Below, piece by piece: positions 48,493-58,137 of a stretch of 62,638 nucleotides of DNA. Positions within the stretch are counted from its first letter, which is position 1; each line of letters opens with the position of its first letter. The stretch is taken from the NCBI GenBank assembly GCA_965649205.1, contig CBFGJV010000010.1, positions 23,764 through 86,401 of the forward strand. The letters are read 5' to 3'. A model generated the notes under the pieces. It saw nothing but the letters and a program-made list of their open reading frames with translations. It was not told the origin of the DNA and made no database searches. The stretch is from a candidate division WOR-3 bacterium. GTDB taxonomy: Bacteria > Hydrothermota > Tepidihabitantia > Tepidihabitantales > Tepidihabitantaceae. The position numbers and the translations under genes were made by a program.

Positions 48493-49028
48493 GGTTTCCC
48501 CGTTTCTTTGCAGATCTGTTTGAACGCCAGTTTTGCCTGTACCTCCTTAGACTGCCTAGCTACTTCCGCCGCTTGCTTTTTGCGAAATGCAATCAGTTTC
48601 TGGGCTAAAGTCTGGTCAGAAAGTGCCAATATCTCTACCGCCAACAAACCCGCGTTAGCCGCTCCCGACCTGCCAATTGCGACAGTGGCAACCGGAACCC
48701 CCGCTGGCATCTGCACAGTGGAAAGAAGCGCATCTAGCCCGCCCAGTCCGGCATCCAAAGGCACACCGATCACGGGCACAGTAGTGTAGCTGGCTATCAC
48801 TCCAGCCAGGTGCGCGGCCTTGCCTGCCGCGGCAATTATAACCTTGATGCCGCGACGCAAGGCCTGGATTACCAGGGCTCTGCAGCGCGCCGGGGTTCTG
48901 TGCGCAGAAACAACTTGGACGTCGTAAGACACACCAAACAGGTCCAGTATTTCTGTCGCTGCAGACATGACATCTGCATCCTTTTCGCTACCCATCACAA
49001 CTAATACGGTCGCAGGAGACTTTGTCAT
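48489..49028 (-). CDS. purE: AIR carboxylase / N5-CAIR mutase
   Basis: VMGSEKD, SAHRTP, AAHLAGV, PVIGVP and QMPAGVPVATV. Start moved to ATG 49028. Confidence 0.95.
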   Translation of the reverse strand: MTKSPATVLVVMGSEKDADVMSAATEILDLFGVSYDVQVVSAHRTPARCRALVIQALRRGIKVIIAAAGKAAHLAGVIASYTTVPVIGVPLDAGLGGLDALLSTVQMPAGVPVATVAIGRSGAANAGLLAVEILALSDQTLAQKLIAFRKKQAAEVARQSKEVQAKLAFKQICKETGKP

Positions 49029-49034
49029 AAGGCA

Positions 49035-49063
49035 ATAATAGGCTAACAATCTGAATATGTAAA
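49035..49063 (-). promoter_or_regulatory. Sigma70-type promoter, probable leaderless purE operon transcript
   Basis: TTTACA-N17-TATTAT, 6 nt before ATG 49028. Confidence 0.6.
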
Positions 49064-49448
49064 GGCAAAAGGACTTGCAGTTCCAATTTCCCAAAACCCC
49101 ACCCAGCCAGAAAAGGATCGTGGGGCAAAATAATACACATGAGTATCACGAATAAGGCAATCCGAATCCCTCCTAACATTCACCGCAACAACCAGTTAGG
49201 CCTTAAATTCCATTCCGCCCCTCCCCTGCTCCCTCAACCACTATACCCCTCGCTATCCTGTTCAACAGCTAAAAGAATAGACTGGATCAAAATCTGCCCT
49301 GTCCATGCGGACAAGCGTTTCCCTCCTCTGCAGCACGGGCGACAACCCCATATACTCCTTCAACCTTCAGAAGATGCAGCGGTTCGGCAACGTGCATTCC
49401 CGACTTCGCGGCTATACAACCACGCAACCAGGACATCACCGACCCACC

Positions 49449-49476
49449 TTGACTGTTCTTCTCTACAAGGTATGTT
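49449..49476 (+). promoter_or_regulatory. Sigma70-type promoter for the acyl-CoA ligase
   Basis: TTGACT-N16-TATGTT, 9 nt before the ATG. Confidence 0.6.
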
Positions 49477-49485
49477 GAGAACACT

Positions 49486-51285
49486 ATGCCGCCCGAGACC
49501 ATATATGAATCATTCCGAGCGGTAGCCGAACGCTACGCAAACAAACCCGCGCTTATGCACAAGGTCGGAGGGAAATATGTGAGCATTTCTTTCCGAGAAC
49601 TCAACCGTGCAGTTGACGAGGTAGCTGCCGGCCTCGCAGAGCGGGGCGTCCGTGCTGGAAGCCGAGTTGGTATTTATTCCTATAACCGACCCGAATGGGT
49701 TATCGCCGACCTGGCCATCATCAAACTCGGTGCAATAGTGGTACCGCTCTACCACACTTTGCCAGCAGAGACTGTGCGCTACATACTGAAAGATGCCGAG
49801 GTGAGTCATGTCATCGTAGAAAAGCCTGAATTTCTAGCTAATATCAGCCGGGTAATGTCCGAGCTGCCCTTACTGCAAGACGTAATTGCTCTTTTCGCAC
49901 AAAAACACGAGACTCAATCCGGCAAGGAACTGTTCTCCTTCGATTCCCTGCGTCGGACTGGAGCTGCCGCATTGGCGAAAAAACCGGAGCTACAGAGCGC
50001 ACACGCCTCGACACCCGACGACGTTGTAACCGTAGTCTATACCTCCGGCACAACCGGTGAACCCAAAGGCGCCATGCTCACCCACCGGAATATACTTTCC
50101 AACGTCCAAGGCGCCATTGAACGTTTCGGCGTAAATCCCCGGGATACACTGGTGTCTTTTCTTCCGCTTTGTCACATGTTCGAACGCACCTGCGGTTATT
50201 ATACCATGCTATTTGCCGGTGCTACCATAGCTTACGCCGAGTCTTTGGAAACCATCAGACAGGACGTGCAGCAAATAAGACCTACCTTGCTCATCGTTGT
50301 ACCCCGCGTCCTGGAAAAAGTCTACAATACAGTAACCGAAAAGGTGCTAACCGGGCCAGCCTTGCGCCGCCGCCTTATGGGAGCAGCCCTTCGTACCTAC
50401 AATAGCTGGGCCAGATATAAATCCAAAGGACTCAAGCCACCTCTGGGGCTGATTTTCAAGCACTGGCTATATGGTCTCCTTGTGGTAAGAAAACTAAGGA
50501 AACTAGGAGGCGGGCGTATTCGTCTACTGGTATCCGGAGGTGCACCGCTTGACCGCCGACTGGCACGCATCATCCGCAATTTAGGCTTCAATCTGTTGGA
50601 GGGCTACGGCCTCACGGAAACCGCACCAGTAGTTTGCGCCGCAATACCTGGCGAGGAACGTGTAGGAACGGTCGGTAAACCTTTTCCCGGAGTAGAAGTT
50701 AAGATCGGAGATAACGACGAAATCCTGGTTCGCGGCCCAAATGTAATGAAAGGATACTTGAATAAACCCGAAGAAACTGCCAAGGCAATCGACGCAGAAG
50801 GATGGTTTCACACCGGCGACCAGGGCCGTTTTGACCCATCAGGCAACCTCATCGTCACCGGACGTATCAAAGAACTTATTGTTACATCCTATGGCAAGAA
50901 CATCCCGCCAGTACCCATAGAACAGGCACTCTGTGGTTCCAAGTACATCGAGCAAGCTGTAGTAGTAGGAGACCGTCGCCCGTTTCTTTCTGCCCTCATT
51001 GTCCCCAGTCGTCTTACTCTGCTAGAATTCTGCCGTAGCCGTGGTCTTGATACCGGTAATCTGCACCAGCTACTGAAACATCCGGACGTCGTTGACCTTT
51101 ACCGTCGCGAAATCGAGCAGGCACTCGCCAAGTTTCCTTCCCACGAACAAGTACGCGCTTTCAGGCTCATACCCGAACCCTTCACCGTGGAAAACGGACT
51201 TCTCACTCCTTCGTTGAAAATAAGACGGCCGGTGGTAGAAGAAACCTACAAATACGAAATCCAAGAAATGTACCAAGGCCACTGA
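49486..51285 (+). CDS. Long-chain fatty acid--CoA ligase (FadD15-like)
   Basis: YTSGTTGEPKG, FLPLCHMFER, EGYGLTET, GWFHTGD and LTPSLK. Confidence 0.93.
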   Translation: MPPETIYESFRAVAERYANKPALMHKVGGKYVSISFRELNRAVDEVAAGLAERGVRAGSRVGIYSYNRPEWVIADLAIIKLGAIVVPLYHTLPAETVRYILKDAEVSHVIVEKPEFLANISRVMSELPLLQDVIALFAQKHETQSGKELFSFDSLRRTGAAALAKKPELQSAHASTPDDVVTVVYTSGTTGEPKGAMLTHRNILSNVQGAIERFGVNPRDTLVSFLPLCHMFERTCGYYTMLFAGATIAYAESLETIRQDVQQIRPTLLIVVPRVLEKVYNTVTEKVLTGPALRRRLMGAALRTYNSWARYKSKGLKPPLGLIFKHWLYGLLVVRKLRKLGGGRIRLLVSGGAPLDRRLARIIRNLGFNLLEGYGLTETAPVVCAAIPGEERVGTVGKPFPGVEVKIGDNDEILVRGPNVMKGYLNKPEETAKAIDAEGWFHTGDQGRFDPSGNLIVTGRIKELIVTSYGKNIPPVPIEQALCGSKYIEQAVVVGDRRPFLSALIVPSRLTLLEFCRSRGLDTGNLHQLLKHPDVVDLYRREIEQALAKFPSHEQVRAFRLIPEPFTVENGLLTPSLKIRRPVVEETYKYEIQEMYQGH

Positions 51286-52044
51286 TTGAAGTCGCTGTTT
51301 CGAAATCCAAGACTCATAGTAATCTTCAAGCTAACAGTCCTGCTAGTCACAGTAGCCTTCGCCGGCGAAACCCAGAGCAGATGTGCGCGAGCATCTTGGT
51401 TCCTCTTCAATCGACATTTATCCGCCAGCTATCTGGACTCGGCCTACGCGCTAGTAGTTCTTGTTCGTCAGAAAGAACCATCTCGCGAAGACGCTCTCTA
51501 TCTCTGGACGCGCATCCATCTCCAAAAAGGCGACCTAGCCCAAACCACAGACGAAAGAATAACGTTCTATGAAAAAGCCAAAGCCGCAGCCGAAACACTC
51601 AAAACTATAAATCCACTGAATCCAGAAGGCTGGTTATGGTCGGCTGTAGCCCAGGGTCGTATCGGACAGGTACGTGGAATCCTAAACTCTCTCTTTTTGG
51701 TTCCCACTCTTAAAAAATCATTCTATCGCACATTGGAATTGGATACCACTCACGCTATTGCTTACCATGCTCTTGGCCGACTCTATTATGAGTTGCCGGA
51801 GTTTGTCGGAGGTAATCTGGACAAATCAGAAGAATATTTGCTGCAAGCGTTAGAGTTCGACCCGAATTATACCGCTGCCCGACTTGCGCTGGCTGAAGTT
51901 TACGTTAGGCAAAAACGCTGGGACAAAGCTCGAGAACAGCTGCAGACGCTTCTTGCTACAACTACCCCTACCTACCCGGCCGACTTTATTCTCGCAGAAA
52001 AACCTGAGGCTCTGAGATTACTTCACGAAATCAAGAACCGCTAG
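51286..52044 (+). CDS. Exported tetratricopeptide-repeat protein
   Basis: Signal-like N-terminus and TPR motifs (AYHALGRLY, ALEFDPNY, ARLALAEVY). Confidence 0.75.
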   Translation: MKSLFRNPRLIVIFKLTVLLVTVAFAGETQSRCARASWFLFNRHLSASYLDSAYALVVLVRQKEPSREDALYLWTRIHLQKGDLAQTTDERITFYEKAKAAAETLKTINPLNPEGWLWSAVAQGRIGQVRGILNSLFLVPTLKKSFYRTLELDTTHAIAYHALGRLYYELPEFVGGNLDKSEEYLLQALEFDPNYTAARLALAEVYVRQKRWDKAREQLQTLLATTTPTYPADFILAEKPEALRLLHEIKNR

Positions 52045-52324
52045 CCGTCTTTGTATCATCCGCAACCGGAACTACATCCTCGGCGGAAGCAGCAGCTTGA
52101 GGTTGACACCCATTACTCTCTTGCATTCTGCGCCTTATCTCCAACACCGCTTCTCTGATTATTCTCACTCTTGACTCTGGAGATGTCCGCCGGTTGATGA
52201 TTATCTGATACTCTCCTTTGACCCGACACCACCCTCCTTCACTCTGTAGTTCATCGTAGACCAGCTTTACTCCCAGTTGATTGCACTCCTGCTCTAGTCC
52301 CGCCAGTACTTCTTTGGTTTTCAC
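52031..52324 (-). CDS. Small hypothetical protein
   Basis: LGVKLVYD...GGWCRVKG...IIIN pattern; SD-like GCAGGA next to the GTG start; follows the epimerase gene on the same strand. Confidence 0.65.
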   Translation of the reverse strand: MKTKEVLAGLEQECNQLGVKLVYDELQSEGGWCRVKGEYQIIINRRTSPESRVRIIREAVLEIRRRMQESNGCQPQAAASAEDVVPVADDTKTASGS

Positions 52325-52372
52325 TCCTGCCCCGTTTTTCTGTATTTCCTGAAATGTTTCGTTGCCTTCACC

Positions 52373-53344
52373 CTATAGCCATCCCTGCTTCTTGTACCAC
52401 TCTATTGTTTCCTGCAAACCTTGTTCCAAGTCATACTTTGGCTCAAAACCTAGCTCTTCCCGTGCCTTTTCACAACTGCATACCCAGCATTCTTGCGCAA
52501 GCTCCTTGGCCTTATCGCGGTTCAAGATGGACCCTTCCCGGTTGAACCATTCATTTATGCTCGCTGCAGTCTTTAAGGCCCATTTAGGAATCTTGAGACG
52601 AACGGTATTACGTCCCAGTAGCTTGGAAGCCAGCCTACCCAACTCCTCGTAGCTATACGTCTTACCATCAGAAATAAAGTATACCGATCCTGAAGCGACA
52701 TCACGTTCCGCGGCCAGCATCGCCGCGCGTACTGCATCTTTTACATAGACCAGAGAGAACGTACCACCAAAATCAGGCCATAAACCCCACTTCAAATTAC
52801 GCAGTAACACGAGACTGTCTTTGTCCCGAGGCCCGTAAACCGCGGGGTAACGCAGAATAACGCAATGAAGTTGCGCAGCTAACCCCTGCAGAACCTGCTC
52901 GGCCTCAAGCTTTGCTTGTCCATACAAACTAACAGGTCTACTAGGCTGATCCTCTGCTTTGGGGTAGTTCGGACTCAACGCCGGCCCTGCTGCAGCCGCA
53001 CTGGAGAAAAACACAAACCGCTTTACATTTGCAGTCATACAGGCCTGGGCAAGATTCTTCGTACCTTCGTAGTTTACCCGCTTGAAATCCGACGCATTCT
53101 TCGCTCTCACTGCAGCCGCAGCATGAAATACCCAGTCCGCCTGCCTTATTGCGGAAACAAGTGTCTCAGGCTTTCTAACGTCACCATAGATTAACTCGAG
53201 TTCCAACCCTCTCAACCAAGATAAATCGCTGGTTTCACGTACCAAAGCCCGCACCCTGTGTCCCTGTGACAGAAGCAATTCGCAGAGATGCGAACCCATA
53301 AAACCGTTAGCGCCGGTTACAACTACATCCACAAGGTTCGACAA
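52373..53344 (-). CDS. NAD-dependent epimerase/dehydratase (extended SDR)
   Basis: VTGANGFMG, YGQAK (YxxxK) and VYGPRD. Confidence 0.92.
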   Translation of the reverse strand: MSNLVDVVVTGANGFMGSHLCELLLSQGHRVRALVRETSDLSWLRGLELELIYGDVRKPETLVSAIRQADWVFHAAAAVRAKNASDFKRVNYEGTKNLAQACMTANVKRFVFFSSAAAAGPALSPNYPKAEDQPSRPVSLYGQAKLEAEQVLQGLAAQLHCVILRYPAVYGPRDKDSLVLLRNLKWGLWPDFGGTFSLVYVKDAVRAAMLAAERDVASGSVYFISDGKTYSYEELGRLASKLLGRNTVRLKIPKWALKTAASINEWFNREGSILNRDKAKELAQECWVCSCEKAREELGFEPKYDLEQGLQETIEWYKKQGWL

Positions 53345-53450
53345 GAAGGAATGGTAAGAAGAAACTCGGTTAGGGAGCTATCTAACACATCAGGCTGGCT
53401 TATGCTCGGACAGGTCTGCACGGCGAATTATAGAGCTGCGCCCTACACAG

Positions 53451-54644
53451 TCAAGGCGTCGCACGGACCACCAACTCTTCCAATAGCTCCGCCAGCAGAC
53501 GTGCCTGTACGCGACGATCATAGATATCTCTGCTGCCTTGCGTAAACCTCTCCGACTCTTGCCGTAACTGCAGTAGCAATGGAACTAGATTACGCACCTC
53601 GCTGCAGACCAAACCCGCACTACATTGCTCCACTATTCTAGCTGCCTCTTCGGTCCCCTTTCCGTACACCAAAATGGGACGGCGGGCACCCAAATACTCA
53701 TACAGTTTAAGCCCCACTGTCTGCTGCGGCTTACCCACGTAGAGAAGCACATCTGCCGCCTTCATCAATGCACACACCTGTCGATGCGAGAGAGTGCCGA
53801 GCAGTCTTACCTGCTGAGTTCTTGCTAACCGGTTTGCGGTTTCTTTGTCAACCCGGCCGGCAAGATAGAATCGCCCCTCAGGCAGCTGGCTTAAGGCCTC
53901 ACATACCTCCAATATCTCTCTCTGATTCTGCCACAGGTTTCCTACGTGAACTACGCTGAAACCCTCTAGCGTTGCAGGCTCAACCGCAAATTCCTCCGGA
54001 TCAAATCCGTTCGGCAGAACTCTAGCCCGGGAACCGAGAAAAGCAGCCGTGCCCTCATTGACTGCCAGCACCGCATCCGCGTGCTTAACTATGTACTCGC
54101 GCACATGACGTAACAGCACACGCTGAGGTTGAGGAGGCAAAGTAAAACCGGTTGGCCAAGGATCGCGGAAGTCCGTCACCAGCGGAATATGACCATGCGC
54201 CTTGAGTCTTACGCCCAAAAGCAACGCAGTGAACGGAGGTCCGGTGGCAAATATGGCGGCCGGTTTTTCACGATCGATAATGTGTCTGCCGATACGTGAA
54301 GCAAAAGGAAACCAGCCCGCCTTGGAATCGGGAAACAACAGGTAATTCAGCAATCTCGGTCCTCGCCCCAGTGTTTTGCTCAAAACAGGTTTCAATTTCG
54401 ATTTGCTAGGTCTCAGCAAATTCAGAAATCTTGCCGGATCAAAACTCTCCGTACGGTATATCCGCGCCCGAGTCAAATCACCAAGCAGTTCCGAGTCGTA
54501 GTGGTAATAAGCCGCCGGCTTCGCAGTCAGTATGAGTGGCAACCAGCCGAACTCAGGCAAGTACTTGGCCAGTTTAGTCATACGCATCACTCCCGCCAGA
54601 CCCAGTGGCGGGGCATAGTAGCTCACTACAAGAACACGACGCAT
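53451..54644 (-). CDS. GT4-family glycosyltransferase
   Basis: YYAPP...GVMR, DFRDPW, PNGFD and KLYEYLG. Confidence 0.88.
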   Translation of the reverse strand: MRRVLVVSYYAPPLGLAGVMRMTKLAKYLPEFGWLPLILTAKPAAYYHYDSELLGDLTRARIYRTESFDPARFLNLLRPSKSKLKPVLSKTLGRGPRLLNYLLFPDSKAGWFPFASRIGRHIIDREKPAAIFATGPPFTALLLGVRLKAHGHIPLVTDFRDPWPTGFTLPPQPQRVLLRHVREYIVKHADAVLAVNEGTAAFLGSRARVLPNGFDPEEFAVEPATLEGFSVVHVGNLWQNQREILEVCEALSQLPEGRFYLAGRVDKETANRLARTQQVRLLGTLSHRQVCALMKAADVLLYVGKPQQTVGLKLYEYLGARRPILVYGKGTEEAARIVEQCSAGLVCSEVRNLVPLLLQLRQESERFTQGSRDIYDRRVQARLLAELLEELVVRATP

Positions 54645-54666
54645 CAGAGTACGCTAACAGTCATGC

Positions 54667-56727
54667 CTAGAATGTCAACGCCAGCTTAGTCGCCTGTACA
54701 CCCAACTGTTGCGATAGCAAAGAGGAAATCTGGCTGGCCGTCCACTCTACCAGTCTTATGCTATCCAAGAATTCCAAAAGACCGTTTATATCAAGAGCCA
54801 GCATATGGTCCTCAACCTGCAGGTCAGGAGGTAGAAGTCGAAAAAACGCACCCGAACCCAAACTGTCTTCCAGCCGGCTTACGTTCTTACGCACTGCCTG
54901 CCTTATCGAATCTTCATCTGGCAGAGGAAAGGTTGACGCAACCGCGTCTCCGGCCGGCAGTGCCAGCAACTTACCATCCACATCCATAGCTGGCACTCCC
55001 TGCAGACTGAGCGCTTCGCTCAACAGGTAACCGTACGTGTTGCCAAGCAGATGCACTACAAACAGCATATCCGCTTCACGAAAACAAGGAAACTCCAGTG
55101 GGGCCAAATCGGGAAAAAGCCTGCTCTTGAGTACCTGGGCCATTCTGTATCCGTATTGACCTGTTCCCGTTCCTTCGAATACTCGGGTGGCGGCTCCCAT
55201 CTCGCGAAAAGGCTTGACCATTATCCGTCTTTCCTTTCTTTGAAACTCCACCAGTTCCCAAGCTTTACCCCCGAGTACAAAAGTGCGAAACAGATAAAAT
55301 ACCGTTCCCAAATGTCTGTTAGTATCAACATCGTAAACCTCGTATTTACCGAAAGTTTTATCCTGAATGTTAGAATGAATCTTACCGTATTCTATCTGTT
55401 TCTCTAACTGAGAACTCAGGAAGTAGATACCAGCCCTTTGTTCGATTATGAGCCCCTTATCAATCAGGTGACGAAACACCCGGCTGAGAAAGTCGGCTCG
55501 TCCATACACCGGTTGAAATAACCGACCTAATGTCTGCATCGTGGTACCGATACGTCGGCGCTGATACATGTAAGAGATCACTTGTTGGGGTATTGCAGAC
55601 AATGAAGGTGTATATCGTTTTTCGTACAGTCTACCTTCCCGACAGCACTGCAGGTAAGTTTCAAACAAAAACCGTTCCCAGCCGTCTGCGTAAAGACCAA
55701 CAAAAAGCAGCCGTTCGCGGCGACGGTTACCTCGCCCGATTCGCTGAAGCAATGAAGAAACATTAAACGGAGGCCTCACCAGTACCACTGCATCTATGTC
55801 ACCAATGTCTATTCCCAACTCCAAAGTCGAAGTACAGCACAGAATACCAAAACGTTCTTCGTTCATTCTCCGTTCAACTTCTTCCCGTACCCGACGATTC
55901 AGACTCGCGTGGTGTACCCATACCCGACCGCAGAAAGGAGGAATCTCAACTTTGCCCGCAGAAGACTCTGCCCAAGCCCGAGAATTGAAGAAAAAAAGCA
56001 GCTTCCGGCATCCTTTGCTCGTCAACGTGGACACTACCTGTTGCGGCCAATCCTCCGTCAACGGCAGCAGCAACTGCTCTATCTCACGACAAGTATTTAC
56101 CTTTATAACCAACGGTTCGGCAAAATACCTGAGTCCTATGTTCTCGTCGTCGATGGTGGCAGACAAAGCACAATACTGAATCCCGGCGTTGATCTGTCGT
56201 AACCTTTGCAGAAGCAACCTGAGCTGGTCACCTCTTGGCGTGCCGTCTACTAGGTGGAGCTCGTCCAGTACGACAGCAGCAAGTCGCTTGAATATGGCCG
56301 GATGCCGACAAAGCAAGGAGTCGAACGATTCTGGGGTCGTAAGAAGCAGAAAAGGAAGTTTTTTCTTTTCTATCGCCGGATGGTCTCCTGTCTTCCGTGC
56401 CAATTCCAAACCCAAATACTCCATTGGCTCTTGTAGCCGGCGATAAAGGTCGTTAACGAGCGCTCTTGTTGGAGAAACATACAACACGGCCAAACAGTTG
56501 TGTTCTGTCCTCTGTCTAGGAGCTGTAATCTGCAGGCTTCTCTCGATTACTGGCGCAGTTACTGCCTCGGTCTTACCAGTGGCAGATGGCGAAATCACCA
56601 CGACATCGCGTCCCTCCATAATCGGAGGGATAGCACGAACCTGAACCTCCGTGAGTTTGCCAAATCGGGAAAAGAAGGGAAACCAGGTTCTTGGTAGCAA
56701 TTGACGAACCAAAGTCTGGGAATTCAC
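54667..56727 (-). CDS. Lhr/BrxHI-like SF2 DEAD/DEAH-box helicase
   Basis: Q motif LTEVQ, SATGKTEA, PTRALVND, TTPES, DELH, SAT, HHASL, TSTLELGIDIG and QRIGR. Confidence 0.9.
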   Translation of the reverse strand: MNSQTLVRQLLPRTWFPFFSRFGKLTEVQVRAIPPIMEGRDVVVISPSATGKTEAVTAPVIERSLQITAPRQRTEHNCLAVLYVSPTRALVNDLYRRLQEPMEYLGLELARKTGDHPAIEKKKLPFLLLTTPESFDSLLCRHPAIFKRLAAVVLDELHLVDGTPRGDQLRLLLQRLRQINAGIQYCALSATIDDENIGLRYFAEPLVIKVNTCREIEQLLLPLTEDWPQQVVSTLTSKGCRKLLFFFNSRAWAESSAGKVEIPPFCGRVWVHHASLNRRVREEVERRMNEERFGILCCTSTLELGIDIGDIDAVVLVRPPFNVSSLLQRIGRGNRRRERLLFVGLYADGWERFLFETYLQCCREGRLYEKRYTPSLSAIPQQVISYMYQRRRIGTTMQTLGRLFQPVYGRADFLSRVFRHLIDKGLIIEQRAGIYFLSSQLEKQIEYGKIHSNIQDKTFGKYEVYDVDTNRHLGTVFYLFRTFVLGGKAWELVEFQRKERRIMVKPFREMGAATRVFEGTGTGQYGYRMAQVLKSRLFPDLAPLEFPCFREADMLFVVHLLGNTYGYLLSEALSLQGVPAMDVDGKLLALPAGDAVASTFPLPDEDSIRQAVRKNVSRLEDSLGSGAFFRLLPPDLQVEDHMLALDINGLLEFLDSIRLVEWTASQISSLLSQQLGVQATKLALTF

Positions 56728-56751
56728 TGCTAATATTGGTCTGCCTCGTGT

Positions 56752-58137
56752 TTATCCTAGAAAGCCACCCTGTGTCCTTACTATATCCAGACTTTCCACG
56801 CAGTACTTAATGAAAAAACGCACTCCTGAACCGCTCCGATCCAGTGCAGCTCGGAATATACGCTTTTGCTCAGACACCGAAATATCAAAAGCGGGGTACG
56901 CCCTTGTGTACACATTAACTAGCGTCGCAAATAGGTCGAGCAGGGAGTTTTCTTTCAGAGGGGCCAGCTCTATCCGGTGGTTTATGCGATTGACCAGACG
57001 TAAGTAGGCATAATCACTAAAGCTGGGAGTAGTTGCAAGTACAAGCAGAATTGTGGGATTCCGGTATATGTAAGGAACAGGCTTCACCTGATTATGAATC
57101 ATATGCGCATTCAGGCGTCTCAAGGTTGAGTCAGCCTGTGCTGTCCTGATCAGTCCTTCCATAAAATTAATACCTTTAGTTAGATAAATAACATCCCATA
57201 GGTGGGTTACCGTTTCCGCTTCGTCTACCAGCAAAACCAAGCCTTGTAAACCCAGCTGGCGCGCCATCCAGCTTAAACCAGAAAGAATGTGACAGTAGAA
57301 ATCAGCCGCAGTAGAAAAATCGTAAAGAGCTGGTATCTTCTGACCGCCTCTCACCCGAGATTTGCTCTGTATTTCTGTTGCGTATTCCTTGGTGCTTTCC
57401 CCCTCAATCCACTGCCAAAATACTTCGGTTTCACCTTGGCCAGTATCCAGTTTTTTCAACTTGCTCAGTACCGGTCCAAAGAAAACGTGGTCCTGCATAT
57501 CCAATTTCTGTGCCTGCCACAGTAAATCGCGAAAACCGTATTCATGATTATCTTTCAGAAACCGCAGATTATGAACTATTTCCCGATACACCCGCTTAGG
57601 ACGGTGCGGAGATACCTCTTGCGGATCAAACTGACATACACTTACAACCATTCCCGCCTTCAAAGCCCGGTGATGTAGGTATTCCAAAAGATGGGTTTTA
57701 CCTGTTCCGTACTCTCCCTCAACTAGATATACATCACCCTTTCCCAGTTTTAAACTCTCCAAGGCACCGTCAAGAATCTCTACCTCCCTATCCCGACCAA
57801 AGGTAAAAGACTCTACATCCCGGTGTGGTACTATACCCAACCGAAATGCCTCGACCATCCGACGGGCTTGAATACCATCAATCTGACCAAAGCGGCCACT
57901 CCCCAATTGGTTCAATCCCGGTTCGAAGTGCGTTATGAAACGTAAGCGACACGCAGGCAGCCACAGTTTAAGACCACTTTGAAACCTAACCAGCAATTCT
58001 GTTCCGCGCCAACGCGTATCTAAAACTTCGCCTTCCCCGAAGACCCCGTGGCTAACAACCTGTGCTGGCTGCCGCTCCGTCTGAGAGTCAGAAATCCCCA
58101 AGGGTGAAGACTCGGCTCGTCCTCTAGAATTCTTCAC
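56752..58137 (-). CDS. DUF2791/BrxD-like P-loop ATPase with N-terminal Tudor-like segment
   Basis: EAFRLGIVP, GRDREV, Walker A GEYGTGKTH and Walker B LVLLVDEAE. Confidence 0.8.
   Translation of the reverse strand: MKNSRGRAESSPLGISDSQTERQPAQVVSHGVFGEGEVLDTRWRGTELLVRFQSGLKLWLPACRLRFITHFEPGLNQLGSGRFGQIDGIQARRMVEAFRLGIVPHRDVESFTFGRDREVEILDGALESLKLGKGDVYLVEGEYGTGKTHLLEYLHHRALKAGMVVSVCQFDPQEVSPHRPKRVYREIVHNLRFLKDNHEYGFRDLLWQAQKLDMQDHVFFGPVLSKLKKLDTGQGETEVFWQWIEGESTKEYATEIQSKSRVRGGQKIPALYDFSTAADFYCHILSGLSWMARQLGLQGLVLLVDEAETVTHLWDVIYLTKGINFMEGLIRTAQADSTLRRLNAHMIHNQVKPVPYIYRNPTILLVLATTPSFSDYAYLRLVNRINHRIELAPLKENSLLDLFATLVNVYTRAYPAFDISVSEQKRIFRAALDRSGSGVRFFIKYCVESLDIVRTQGGFLG

Noticed and set aside
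49095..49440. Purine riboswitch or small ORFs upstream of purE
   Set aside because: purE appears leaderless, leaving no room for a 5' riboswitch; the ORFs here look like random translations.
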